From positions 448,001 through 512,000 of the forward strand of contig CAWEMM010000007.1 of assembly GCA_963810095.1 (NCBI GenBank): DNA of 64,000 bases. Direction: 5' to 3'. Under the pieces are notes generated by a model. It was not told where the DNA came from. It saw only the letters and a program-made list of their open reading frames with translations, and made no database searches. Origin of the DNA: an uncultured Chloroflexia bacterium (GTDB taxonomy: Bacteria > Chloroflexota > Anaerolineae > CG2-30-64-16). This document shows, piece by piece, positions 45,425 to 54,784 of the stretch; position 1 is the first letter of the stretch, and every line of letters starts with the position of its first letter. The position numbers and the translations under genes are program-made.

Positions 45425-48400
45425 ATGCCCGCACCTCAGTCCATCGTCGAACTTGTCCGGCTCTTCGATCTCCACCGGGACCAATACCGCAGCGGTGCAT
45501 TCTCGGAGGTCGCCGCGCGCCACCAGTTCATCGACCCGTTCTTTGCCGCGCTCGGCTGGGACGTCAACAACAGCCAGGGGTTCGCCGAGCAATACAAGGA
45601 GGTCGTTCACGAGGACAAGGTCAAGGTGGGCGATGCCACGAAGGCGCCGGACTATTCCTTCCGCATCGGCAAGGAGCGCAAGTTTTTTGTGGAGGCCAAG
45701 AAGCCCGCGGTCGACATCAGCCACGACGTCGAGCCGGCCTACCAACTGCGCCGCTACGCGTGGAGCGCCAAACTGCCTCTCTCCATCCTCACCGATTTCG
45801 AGGAGTTCTCCGTCTACGACTGCCGCAGCAAGCCCGACCAGCGGGACAGGGCTTCCAACGGGCGCATCCTGTACCTGAATTACCGGCAGTACGTCGAAAA
45901 GTGGGACGAGATCGCCGGCGTATTCGGCAAGGCCGCTGTGTGGCAGGGCGCGCTCGACCGGTTTGCGGAGGCGAAAGCGGGCAAGCACGGCACGGCAGAA
46001 GTGGACGACGAGTTCCTCGCCGAGATCGAGCGGTGGCGCGACCTGCTGGCACACAACCTGGTCCTGCGCAACCCCGCCTTAAGGGGCCGGGATATCAACT
46101 ACGCGGTCCAGCAGATCATCGACCGCATCGTCTTCCTGCGCATCTGCGAGGCGCGCGGCTCGAGACGCTCGAGCAGCTGCGCGGCCTGCTGAACGGCGGG
46201 GGCACCTACGCCCGGCTGCAAGAGCTGTTCCGCCGGGCCGACCAGCGCTATAACTCCGGCCTCTTCCATTTTGAGGCCGAGAAGGACCGGCGGAGGCGCC
46301 CGACACCCTCACGCCCGGCCTGGCCCTCGACGACAAGGTGCTCAAGGATATGATCGAGCACCTCTACTACCCGGTCAGCCCCTACGAGTTCTCGGTGCTG
46401 CCCGCCGACATCCTCGGTCATGTCTACGAGCGGTTCCTCGGCAAGGTCATCCGCCTCACGCCGGGCCGGGTGGTCAAGATCGAGGAAAAGCCCGAGGTGC
46501 GCAAGGCCGGCGGCGTTTTCTACACCCCCACCTACATTGTGGACTATATCGTGCGCGAGACGGTCGGGCCGCTGCTGGAGGGGAAGGCGCCGCTGCAAAT
46601 TGGCCCGAAGCATCCTTCGACTCCGCTGCGCTCCGCGCAGGATGCCATTGGAGCGCAGGCGAAGCATCCTGAGCGGAGTGGCGGGGCTGTTTCCGCCACG
46701 CAGTCGAAGGATGCGCCCCAGCCCCTGCGCATCCTGGACCCCGCGTGCGGCAGCGGCTCATTCCTGCTCGGCGCGTACCAGTTCCTGCTCGACTGGCACC
46801 TGCAAGCGTACCTGCAGGACCCCGAGCGCTGGCTGAAGGGAAAGCAGCCGCCGCTGGAGGCAGCCACAGGGGGGAGTTACCGCCTGTCCATTGCCGAGCG
46901 CAAGCGCATTCTGATGAACAACATCTACGGCGTGGACATCGACCCGCAGGCGGTCGAGGTGACCAAGCTGTCGCTGCTGCTGAAGGTGCTGGAAGGCGAG
47001 GCGGCGAAGGACCAGATGTCCATGCAGTTCGAGCGCGTGCTGCCCGACCTGGAGCGGAACATCAAGTGCGGCAACTCGCTGATCGGGTGCGATTTCTACG
47101 AGGGGCGGCTGCAAGGCGTGGACGAGGACGCCGAGCGCCGGGTCAACGCGTTCGACTGGGAGGACGAGTTCAAGGACGCCATGGCGAGTGGGGGATTTGA
47201 CGCGGTGATCGGCAACCCACCGTATGTGCGGCAAGAGGAGCTGAGTGAGTTTAAGGGTCACTTCCAGCAGCACTACGAGACATTCCGGCCCACAGCCGAC
47301 CTTTATGTTCTGTTCATTGAATTAGGGCACCGTCTACTCAGGGACGGTGGGCTGTACGGCATGATTGTTTCTAACAAATGGTTGCGAGCGGCATACGGCG
47401 AGCCTTTGCGTCGGTATCTCACAACTCAAGTGACAATTCGGGAAATTGTCGACTTTGCGGGCCTTCCGGTTTTCGAGGGAGCAACCGTACGCACGATCAT
47501 CATTTTGTCTGCAAAGCATCCCGGTACGGGCACGAATGTCCGCTACCTGGCCCCCCTTACAATGGAGGACTTCGCTTCGGTTCGTTCAGGTTCGCGTTTA
47601 CGCGAGTTCGTGGAACTGAAGTCGATTGCCCTGCCTCCTGCAAGCCTGTTACCGGCGGGCTGGTCGTTGTCTGAGCATGCTGCATCCGAGCTAGTGCAAA
47701 GACTGCTCGCGCAGGGCACGCCTCTCAAGCGCTACCTCCCCGGAGGGAAAACGTACTTTGGAGTGAAGACCGGTCTTAACGAAGCATTCGTGGTCGATTG
47801 CGCAACGAGGGATGCGCTAATTGCCGCAGACCCGAAGAGTGCGGAGATACTTCGCCCACTAGTGGCGGGGAGAGACGTCCAACGGTACCACATCGAGTAC
47901 AAGGACAAGTATCTCATCCTGACCGAAATCGGAGTACCGATTCACCGATATCCTGCGATATTTGCCCACCTGAAGCGGTATCAGAGTCAGCTTGAGAAGC
48001 GCTGGGATAAAGGTAACATTTGGTGGGAGTTGCGTCCTTGCGACTACTACGAACGCTTCTCGCAGCCGAAAATCATCTACCCCGACATTGCCGCCACCTG
48101 CCGGTTCACACTTGATCGTAATGGCTACTTCGGTGTAAACACGACCTACTTCCTTCCCGGCGACGACTTGTACCTCTTGGGCCTTCTTAACTCCAAACTG
48201 GCAGTCAGATACTTCTCACATGTCTGCGCTGGCCTAGAGGGAGGCGGTACCGTCTACTTGCGGTTCTTCGGCCAATACCTCGATAACTTCCCGGTCCGCA
48301 CCATTGACTTCGCCGACCCCGCCGACGTCAGCCGGCACGACCGCATGGTGACGCTCGTGACCCAGATGCTCGACCTCCACACGCGGCTCGCCGCCGAATC

Positions 48401-48524
48401 CGTGCCGCAGGAGAAAACCAGCCTCCAGCGGCGCATCGACCAGACCGACAGGCAGATCGAACGGCTGGTGTATGAGCTGTACGGGCTGACCGAGGCCGAG
48501 ATCAAGGTGGTCGAAGGCAGCTAG
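45425..48524 (+). CDS. Fused Type IIG restriction-modification enzyme (endonuclease, N6-adenine MTase, TRD); frameshifts near 46158 and 46295
   Basis: PD..EAK nuclease motif (KAPDYSF..VEAKKP), YNSGLF, GVFYTP, DPACGSG, GNPPY, TaqI_C-like TRD region and VYELYGLT..EI C-terminus. Confidence 0.9.
46610..46714. repeat. Family D palindromic element inserted in frame in the R-M gene
   Basis: 105 bp (35 codons), gcatccttcgact...agtcgaaggatgc, between GVFYTP and DPACGSG. Confidence 0.85.
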
Positions 48525-48580
48525 GCGGCCGCGGTGCGCGCGGCCCGGGAGTTTCGTCGGGCGGTTCGTGACCTGAGCAA

Positions 48581-48677
48581 AAATGGGACACGGGTCGAAC
48601 GGACAAGGCTGATTCACTCGATCCGTACACCAAGGATCATGCAAATCAGTTCGATCCGTTCAATCTGCGTCCCATTT
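48581..48677. repeat. Intergenic palindromic element, family A
   Basis: aaatgggacac...gcgtcccattt terminal inverted repeat. Confidence 0.75.
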
Positions 48678-48706
48678 TCCTCCCGCGTCGTCCGGCAGTG
48701 CCGCCC

Positions 48707-49156
48707 CTAGTGCCTCGTGATCGGCCGCACCATCAGCACCGGCACGCCCGCGCCGCGCACCACCCGGTCGGCCACGCTGCCCAGCAGCCAGCGCGACGGG
48801 CCCGTGCGGCCGTGCGTCGACATCACGACGAGCTCGCCGCCCTTGTCCTGCACGAACCCGATGATCGTGTCGGCGATGGGCCCGGTCGCGACCACGGCGT
48901 CCGCGCTCACCCTCAGCCCCTCGTCCTGCAGCCGGTTCGCCAGCGGCTCGAGGTAGTTGCAGGCCTCTGCCTCCATCTCCTCGCGCAGCCCCGCCGACAA
49001 CTCCGGGTCGGTCACCAGGTAGTCGTAATTGGGATACGTCATCACCCGCATGAGGACGATCTCGCTGCCCAGGCAGTGGGCCAGCGCGCGGGCGTGCTCG
49101 AGCGCCTGCTCGGCCAGCTGCGACCCATCCAACGGCACCACAATCTTGGCGTACAT
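48707..49156 (-). CDS. Universal stress protein
   Basis: KIVVPLDGS and VMSTHGR..LGSVADRV..PVLMV motifs; ATG at 49156. Confidence 0.92.
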   Translation of the reverse strand: MYAKIVVPLDGSQLAEQALEHARALAHCLGSEIVLMRVMTYPNYDYLVTDPELSAGLREEMEAEACNYLEPLANRLQDEGLRVSADAVVATGPIADTIIGFVQDKGGELVVMSTHGRTGPSRWLLGSVADRVVRGAGVPVLMVRPITRH

Positions 49157-49193
49157 GATTCCTCCCTGATTCTGCCCGCGCTCAGCGCGCCGC

Positions 49194-50911
49194 CTACTCT
49201 GCCGGCGCCACCGGACGCGCCCGGCGCTGGCTCGTGTTGGGGATGAACAGCGAGCTGAGCGCGCCCAGCAGCACGAAGATGCTGGCCACCTCACCCGCCC
49301 GCCGCGCGCCGTCGACAAAAGACTGCTTGATGATGGTCGAGACTTCCTTGCCCGCCGCCGAGTTCTCGAAGCCCGCCGGCGCGCCCTGCATGGTCGCACC
49401 CTCGCCCGCACCGCCGCTCTGCTCCAGCCCCTTGACGATGGCGGTCTTGACGAACGGCGGCACGGCCTTGCTGGCATTGAGTTGCGTGGTGGCCGAGCTC
49501 GCCAGCGTCGTCGTCAGCACCGCGCCGATGATCGCGATGCCCATGGCCGCGCCCAGCTGCCGGACGGTGTTGTTGGCGCCCGACCCCGCACCCAGCTTGT
49601 CAAAAGGCACCTCGCTCAACACCACGCTGGTCAGCTGCGCAATGGCCAGGCCCACGCCGACGCCGTAAACCATCAGGATGGGGATCAGCGCGCCGACGCG
49701 GCGCGGTGAGGGAGATCACCCGGCTGAGCGCGAAGATGGCAATCGCTTCGATGAGCATGCCCGACGTCACGACCCACTTCGGGCCGAAGCGGGAGGACAG
49801 GATGCCGGCCGTCGGCGCAACGATCAGCGTCGTCAGTGCGAAGGGCAGCAGCACCAGGCCCGTCTGGAACGCCGACAGGCCGAGCACGCTCTGCAGGAAC
49901 AGCGACAGCACAAACACGAGGCCGAATTCGCCCAAGCGCGACGATGGCGACCGTGATCAGCCCGAAGCGGAAGCTGCGGAACCGGGTGAGCGTGAAGTCG
50001 AAGAGCGGCTCGCCGCCCCGCCGCTGCAGCCGCAGCTCCCACCAGACGAAGACGGCCAGCAGGATCGCGCCGATGAGGAACGCGACGGGCGTCGGCGAAA
50101 TGTCTTTGAGCGGCCAGGTCCAGCCGCCGATCTCGAACGGCTGCTTGACCTTCCACCAGCCGTAGCTCGTGCCCTCGATCAGGCCGAAGACGATCGCGCC
50201 GATGCCGAAGCCGACCAGGATGATGCCGGGGACGTCGAAGCTGAGCTTGCCCGTCCGATGCTCGCGCGATTCCTGGATGACGAAGATCGCGCCGAGGATC
50301 GCGGCCAGGCCGATCGGCACGTTGATGTAGAACGCCCAGCGCCAGGTCGCATTGGTGGTCAGCCAGCCGCCGATCAGCGGACCGAGCGCCGCGGCCGCGC
50401 CCGCCACCGCGCCCCAGATGCCGAACGCAATGCCGCGCGCCCGGCCTGTGAAGGTGCCCGACACGATGGAGAGCGTGGAGGGCGAGGTCATGGCCGCGCC
50501 GAAGCCCTGGAGGGCCCGGGCCGCGATGAGCATTTCGATGGTGCGCGAGCCGCCGGCGAGGACCGAGCCGATCACGAACGTGGTGACGCCCGCGATGAAG
50601 ATGCGCTTCCGCCCCACCTGGTCGCCGATGCGGCCCCAGGTGATAATGAAGGCCGCAAAGATCAGCGAGTAGACCGAGTTGACCCACTCGAGCTGCTTGA
50701 ATGAGGCGTTGAACTCCTTCTGAATCGAAGGGATGGCAACGTTGACGATCGTGCCGTCGATGATGACGATGGCCAGGCCCAGGCTGAGCACCAGCAGCGT
50801 CAGCCACTGGCGCCGGGTGATCCGGTTGCCCTCCTCCGGCCCGCCTGGCGCCGGCCGTGGGTTCTCCCCGGCGGGCCGCTGGGCCGCGGTGGGGGTCGAT
50901 GTTTCGGTCAT
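49194..50911 (-). CDS. MFS drug:H+ antiporter (DHA2, 14-TMS); frameshifts near 49935 and 49705
   Basis: DGTIVNVAIP, GRIGDQVGRKR, GPLIGG, WRWAFYINVP and RQLGAAMG spread over three frames. Confidence 0.88.
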
Positions 50912-51489
50912 ACTGCGTTCCTCCGTGGTACACCATTCAGGAAAAGTGCGACCAGCCGCCGGGCAATCTCCTCGGGCGGGATCGCGAGCCGCTCCGATTT
51001 GCCGACAAACGTGTTGACCAGGCCCAGGTACGCCCAGGCCAGGAACTCGGCGGCGGGGCGGTCGGCGCCGTCCAACTCGGCCCCCAGCGCGCTCGCGAGG
51101 GGATCGAACACCTCCTCGCGAAACGCCTGCTGCACCGTCTCCCGGTGCCCCTGGTCCTTCACGTGCGCCATATCGCGCATCATCGCGGAAATGTCCGTCG
51201 CAAAGCTCGTCAGCATCGCGGTGGCCAGCGCGGTGAGCCTGCCGGGCAGCGGACCGTCCGAGCCCAGGATCTCCCGGTACCCGCGCAACTGCCGCAGGAT
51301 GACGTGGACAAACAGCGTTTCTTTGTCGTGAAAGTAGTAATACAGGGTGGGCTTCGTGATGCCGCAGCGCCGGCACAGCTCGGCGACGGACGCGCCCCGA
51401 TAGCCGCTCTCCTGGAAGAGCGACCACGCCTCGCGCACGATGCGCTCGGCATTCTCGTTGCTCGGGACGGGACAGACTAGCTCGGCCAT
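50908..51489 (-). CDS. TetR-family regulator
   Basis: GYRGASVAELCRRCGITKPTLYYYFHDKE HTH; overlaps the MFS start by 4 bp. Confidence 0.92.
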   Translation of the reverse strand: MAELVCPVPSNENAERIVREAWSLFQESGYRGASVAELCRRCGITKPTLYYYFHDKETLFVHVILRQLRGYREILGSDGPLPGRLTALATAMLTSFATDISAMMRDMAHVKDQGHRETVQQAFREEVFDPLASALGAELDGADRPAAEFLAWAYLGLVNTFVGKSERLAIPPEEIARRLVALFLNGVPRRNAV

Positions 51490-51504
51490 ACCGGGGCTAC
51501 TTTA

Positions 51505-51552
51505 TATACCAAACGGTATACGCGTCCGTGGGCCAGTATACCAATCGGTATA
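51505..51552. promoter_or_regulatory. Two TetR-type operators, TATACC-N4-GGTATA
   Basis: TATACCAAACGGTATA (51505-51520) and TATACCAATCGGTATA (51537-51552), 32 bp apart, just upstream of tetR. Confidence 0.8.
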
Positions 51553-51594
51553 GAAGCAGGGAGAGAGGCGTGTGTGGGAGCGTCTGCGCGCACC

Positions 51595-51943
51595 CTTCGA
51601 CTCCGCTCGCTGCGCTCGCGCCGCTCAGGGTGCTCGGTGATGTGAAGGCATCCTGAGCGGAGGGCTTTGCGAAGCAGGGCCCGCAGTCGAAGGATGGGCT
51701 CGCGCGCCGAAGGGCTCCTTCGACTCCGCTCGCTGCGCTCGCTTCGCTCAGGATGCTCCGTGATGTGAAGGCATCCTGAGCGGAGGGCTTTGCGAAACAG
51801 GGCCCGCAGTCGAAGGATGGGCTCGCGCGCCGAAGGGCTCCTTCGACTCCGCTCGCTGCGCTCGCTTCGCTCAGGATGCTCCGTGATGTGAAGGCATCCT
51901 GAGCGGAGGGCGTGGCGGAGCAAGGCCCGCAGTCGAAGGATGC
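51595..51943. repeat. Tandem array of three 123-bp family D palindromic units
   Basis: Units start at CTTCGACTCC 51595, 51718 and 51841; near-identical, with no unique spacers. Confidence 0.9.
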
Positions 51944-51962
51944 GCTCGCGCCGCCTTGCACT

Positions 51963-52619
51963 CTACGCGGCCCGGCTCCGCAAGCCGGCCTCGATCCGTG
52001 CCAGCCGCTCCTCGATGCCATTCAGGACTTCCGCCTGCTGGCGGAGGGTCTTCTCGATCTTCCCATACCCGTTCATCAAGCCGGGCAGGAGGAACGCGGC
52101 GCCGGCCATCGCGGGAAACTCCATCGCCACCTGGGCCACTGCAACCCGGTGGGCCAGCGCGACGGACCGTCCGCTGGCGTACGCGCGCAGGAACTCCACA
52201 TCGTAGACCACCGCGGCCCGGTCCTCCACCCCCACCCACATGCCCACGCACGTGATGCCCGAGTGGCTGAGCGATTCGGCGAGCGAATGCAGCGAATCGT
52301 CGCGGCTGCCCGACCAACACGCGCTCAGCAGCACCACGCCGGGCGGCGACTGGCGCATCATGCACGCCAGCCACTCCGCGCTGACCGGTCCATCTGCGGC
52401 CATCAGCCGGCCCGGCCCGCCGTGGCCCGACCACAACACCACGTCCCACGCCTCGCCAAGCCGGCCGCTGACCGCCGCCCGCGTCGCCCGGCCCCCGCCG
52501 CACACCACGAGCTCCACGTCCGCCAGCTCCGACACCTGCACCAGTTCCTCGGTCCACGCCAGCGCCGGCAGCCCACGCGCCTCGGGCGCAATTAGCAGGA
52601 TTCGCATGCGATCGCTCAT
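51963..52619 (-). CDS. CHAT (caspase/HetF-like) domain protein with C-terminal coiled coil
   Basis: RILLIAP, VVLWSGHG (His) and VVLLSAC (Cys) dyad motifs, CVGM..VEDRAA, F.RAY; heptad-like tail. Confidence 0.7.
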   Translation of the reverse strand: MSDRMRILLIAPEARGLPALAWTEELVQVSELADVELVVCGGGRATRAAVSGRLGEAWDVVLWSGHGGPGRLMAADGPVSAEWLACMMRQSPPGVVLLSACWSGSRDDSLHSLAESLSHSGITCVGMWVGVEDRAAVVYDVEFLRAYASGRSVALAHRVAVAQVAMEFPAMAGAAFLLPGLMNGYGKIEKTLRQQAEVLNGIEERLARIEAGLRSRAA

Positions 52620-52640
52620 TTCTCGTCCGATCTAGCCCGG

Positions 52641-52734
52641 AAATGGGACACTGATGCAACTGATTGAGCTGATCTGCACTGTCCTCTGGGTAGGAAGCGT
52701 GATCATCAGTCCGATCCGTTCAATCAGTGTCCTA
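52641..52734. repeat. Family A palindromic element inside the phage-like operon
   Basis: aaatgggacactgatgcaactgattgagctgat...atcagtccgatccgttcaatcagtgtcc. Confidence 0.8.
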
Positions 52735-52742
52735 GTCTCCCT

Positions 52743-53396
52743 TTACCCTCTCAACACATAGCGGGCGTCCGCCGTGCGCCGGTTCAGCGCGTGCGTGTCT
52801 GCCGTTGCATCCGCTACGTCCACGGCCCCTCGGGTCCACAGGTTCCCGTTCCCGTCGATCGTCAGCACGTTCCGCCCCGTCCCTACCTGCACCAGCACCC
52901 GCGAGCCATCCACCCCCGCACTCCGCTCTGTCACCAGCCGCAGGCGCACCGCCGCGCCCAGGTCGCCGTCGACGAACAAGTCCAGCTGGGCCGGGTCGCC
53001 CGCCAGGTCGGCCCGCGGCGCCCCGATCTCGAGCTGGTGGCCCCAGGCGTCGGTGGCGGCGAGGTAGGCAATATCCTCGCCGTCGGCCCCGATCCAGCGC
53101 AGGCGGTCGTCGGCCGAGTCGCCGCCCAGCGTCGACAGCCGGCCCCGCACGAGCAGCTCGGTCCCCGTCCACTTAAGCCAGAACGCCGGGCCGCCCACGG
53201 AGAACCGGGCGACCTTGCCGGCCGTGACCCCCAGCCAGAACCCCGCGTGCCCGTCGTCGTCCGGCCCATCTTTCCCGTAGCGGATCACCCCGCCGGGCAT
53301 CACGCTCAGCACCGTGCGGATCACCTGCGAGAAGCGGGGCGCCGGCTCCGCGCCGCCCACGTCCCACCCGCCCTTGCCAATTCTCCCCCAAGCCAT
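52743..53396 (-). CDS. Putative phage fibre/spike-like virion protein
   Basis: Gly/Trp-rich beta segments (GFWLGV..RFSVG..LKWTG..L.VRG) and C-terminal ADATADTHALNRRTADARY resemble tail-fibre modules; position in the operon fits. Confidence 0.45.
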   Translation of the reverse strand: MAWGRIGKGGWDVGGAEPAPRFSQVIRTVLSVMPGGVIRYGKDGPDDDGHAGFWLGVTAGKVARFSVGGPAFWLKWTGTELLVRGRLSTLGGDSADDRLRWIGADGEDIAYLAATDAWGHQLEIGAPRADLAGDPAQLDLFVDGDLGAAVRLRLVTERSAGVDGSRVLVQVGTGRNVLTIDGNGNLWTRGAVDVADATADTHALNRRTADARYVLRG

Positions 53397-53409
53397 AGCA
53401 GACCTTTCC

Positions 53410-53486
53410 GCCACGAATTTAGCGAATGCGTCACGCCAGCCGTGCGAGGTTTTCGTCCAATTCGCCTAATTCGTGTAATTCGTGGC
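53410..53486. repeat. Family C palindromic element
   Basis: gccacgaatt...aattcgtgtaattcgtggc. Confidence 0.8.
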
Positions 53487-53495
53487 AAACCTCGT

Positions 53496-54176
53496 CTACA
53501 GCCCGTACGGGCCCCAGTTGGGCTCGGCCGCGCCCAGCGCCGTGGCTCCCAGCCAGGCCAGCCGGTCCATGACCTCTTTGTACCGGTTCCACGCGCGCCG
53601 GCTCTCCTCGCCGAGCTGCGCCAGCACGATCGTGCTGCCGTCGGTCACCAGCGCCTCGTCCGTCTCCAGCTCGTAGTGCGCCGCGAACTCGACATACGCG
53701 CTGAGCGCCTCCAGGTGCTGCGGGGGCACGGTGATCACGGCGTCGTCCGCGCCGGCCGCCGGTTCGGGGTGCGGGCCCCAGTACTCCACGAGAGCGGTCT
53801 CGCCGTCATGGACCGCCGCCGCAAAGACGATGGTCGCATTCGCTGCGCTCTCCGACTCAGCCGCGCCGCGCAGTGCGTAGCAAGCGTCGCCGGCAACAAA
53901 CCGGTCTGACCACTCCGCCGTGCACGCCAGGAACCGGGGCGGGAGGAGGCCCACCGGGTGCTCCACCGCGATGATGCGGCCCGCGCCGAGCCCGCCTGGC
54001 AGCGCGTAAGCCTGCGTGCCGGCCGACAGCGCCAGCTCTGCCCGCAGCCGGCGGGGGAAGTGCGCCGAGTAGAGCCGCACTGCCCCCTGCACCCACCGGT
54101 CGAGCGTTGCGTCGGGCCACGCCGTCGCGTCGGAGAGCGTCAACCTGAGCAGCGCCCTCAATTCTCCAAGCGTCAT
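53496..54176 (-). CDS. Putative phage head-completion / head-tail adaptor protein
   Basis: MTLGELRALLR..LSD...W.DA.LD.W...AV pattern typical of adaptor N-termini; lies after the capsid genes; AGGAGG RBS. Confidence 0.6.
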   Translation of the reverse strand: MTLGELRALLRLTLSDATAWPDATLDRWVQGAVRLYSAHFPRRLRAELALSAGTQAYALPGGLGAGRIIAVEHPVGLLPPRFLACTAEWSDRFVAGDACYALRGAAESESAANATIVFAAAVHDGETALVEYWGPHPEPAAGADDAVITVPPQHLEALSAYVEFAAHYELETDEALVTDGSTIVLAQLGEESRRAWNRYKEVMDRLAWLGATALGAAEPNWGPYGL

Positions 54177-54192
54177 AGCCACCTCCTAGGCC

Positions 54193-54279
54193 GCCACGAA
54201 TTGCACGAATTTGACGAATGTGCACGAAGCTAGAAGTCGGTAGTTCGTAGAATTCGTGTTCATTCGTGCAATTCGTGGC
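54193..54279. repeat. Family C palindromic element
   Basis: gccacgaattgcacgaatttgacgaat...attcgtgttcattcgtgcaattcgtggc. Confidence 0.8.
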
Positions 54280-54288
54280 ACAATCGTC

Positions 54289-54648
54289 TTACCCTTCCAG
54301 GAAGGTCATCACGACCGAGCAGTTCTGTGCGGCCGTGCCGCTCGTGCCGTCAAAGTCCACCGTGACAAGCAGGACCGTGCCGGCCGGGATGTGCGGGTAC
54401 TCGCCATCCACGAAGTCCGCCCGCCCATACTCGGCCGCGGTCTGGTCGCCCACGTCCTTCAGCGCCAGGTAGTCGTCGTCGCCGTTCGTCCCCGTGTTGC
54501 CGATCTTCACCTGCGCGTTCGTGTCGACCGACGAGGCCAGCGACACGTGCGTCAGCGTCAGCGCGCACGGCGTCTTCCACCGGAACGTGCCGTTCGCCGC
54601 CATCGTCCCGTGAAAGTGCACCGGGACCACCACCCTCATCCCATCCAT
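54289..54648 (-). CDS. Small beta-rich protein after the major capsid gene (putative capsid decoration protein)
   Basis: 119 aa with an AGGAGG RBS, immediately downstream of the capsid gene. Function inferred from position only. Confidence 0.55.
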   Translation of the reverse strand: MDGMRVVVPVHFHGTMAANGTFRWKTPCALTLTHVSLASSVDTNAQVKIGNTGTNGDDDYLALKDVGDQTAAEYGRADFVDGEYPHIPAGTVLLVTVDFDGTSGTAAQNCSVVMTFLEG

Positions 54649-54693
54649 GCTTCCTCCTGATATTTGCGTTTGGCACAGGCACGATGCTCACAA

Positions 54694-54769
54694 GAAGAAC
54701 CGAAGGACCAAAGGTTCACAAAGGTTAACTAGGAGCAGCCTTCGTGGCGCTTGGGTTCTTTGGTTCTTC
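54694..54769. repeat. Family B-like palindromic element
   Basis: gaagaaccgaaggaccaaagg...ttgggttctttggttcttc. Confidence 0.6.
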
Positions 54770-54784
54770 CTGTGACGCCACCTC

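Noticed and set aside
51595-51943. Tandem array as a CRISPR array
   Set aside because: The units are 123 bp and near-identical along their whole length, with no unique spacers and no cas genes.
51477-52021. Repetitive ORFs 51477..51923 and 51497..52021
   Set aside because: They are translations of the 123-bp palindromic array and overlap the TetR operators.
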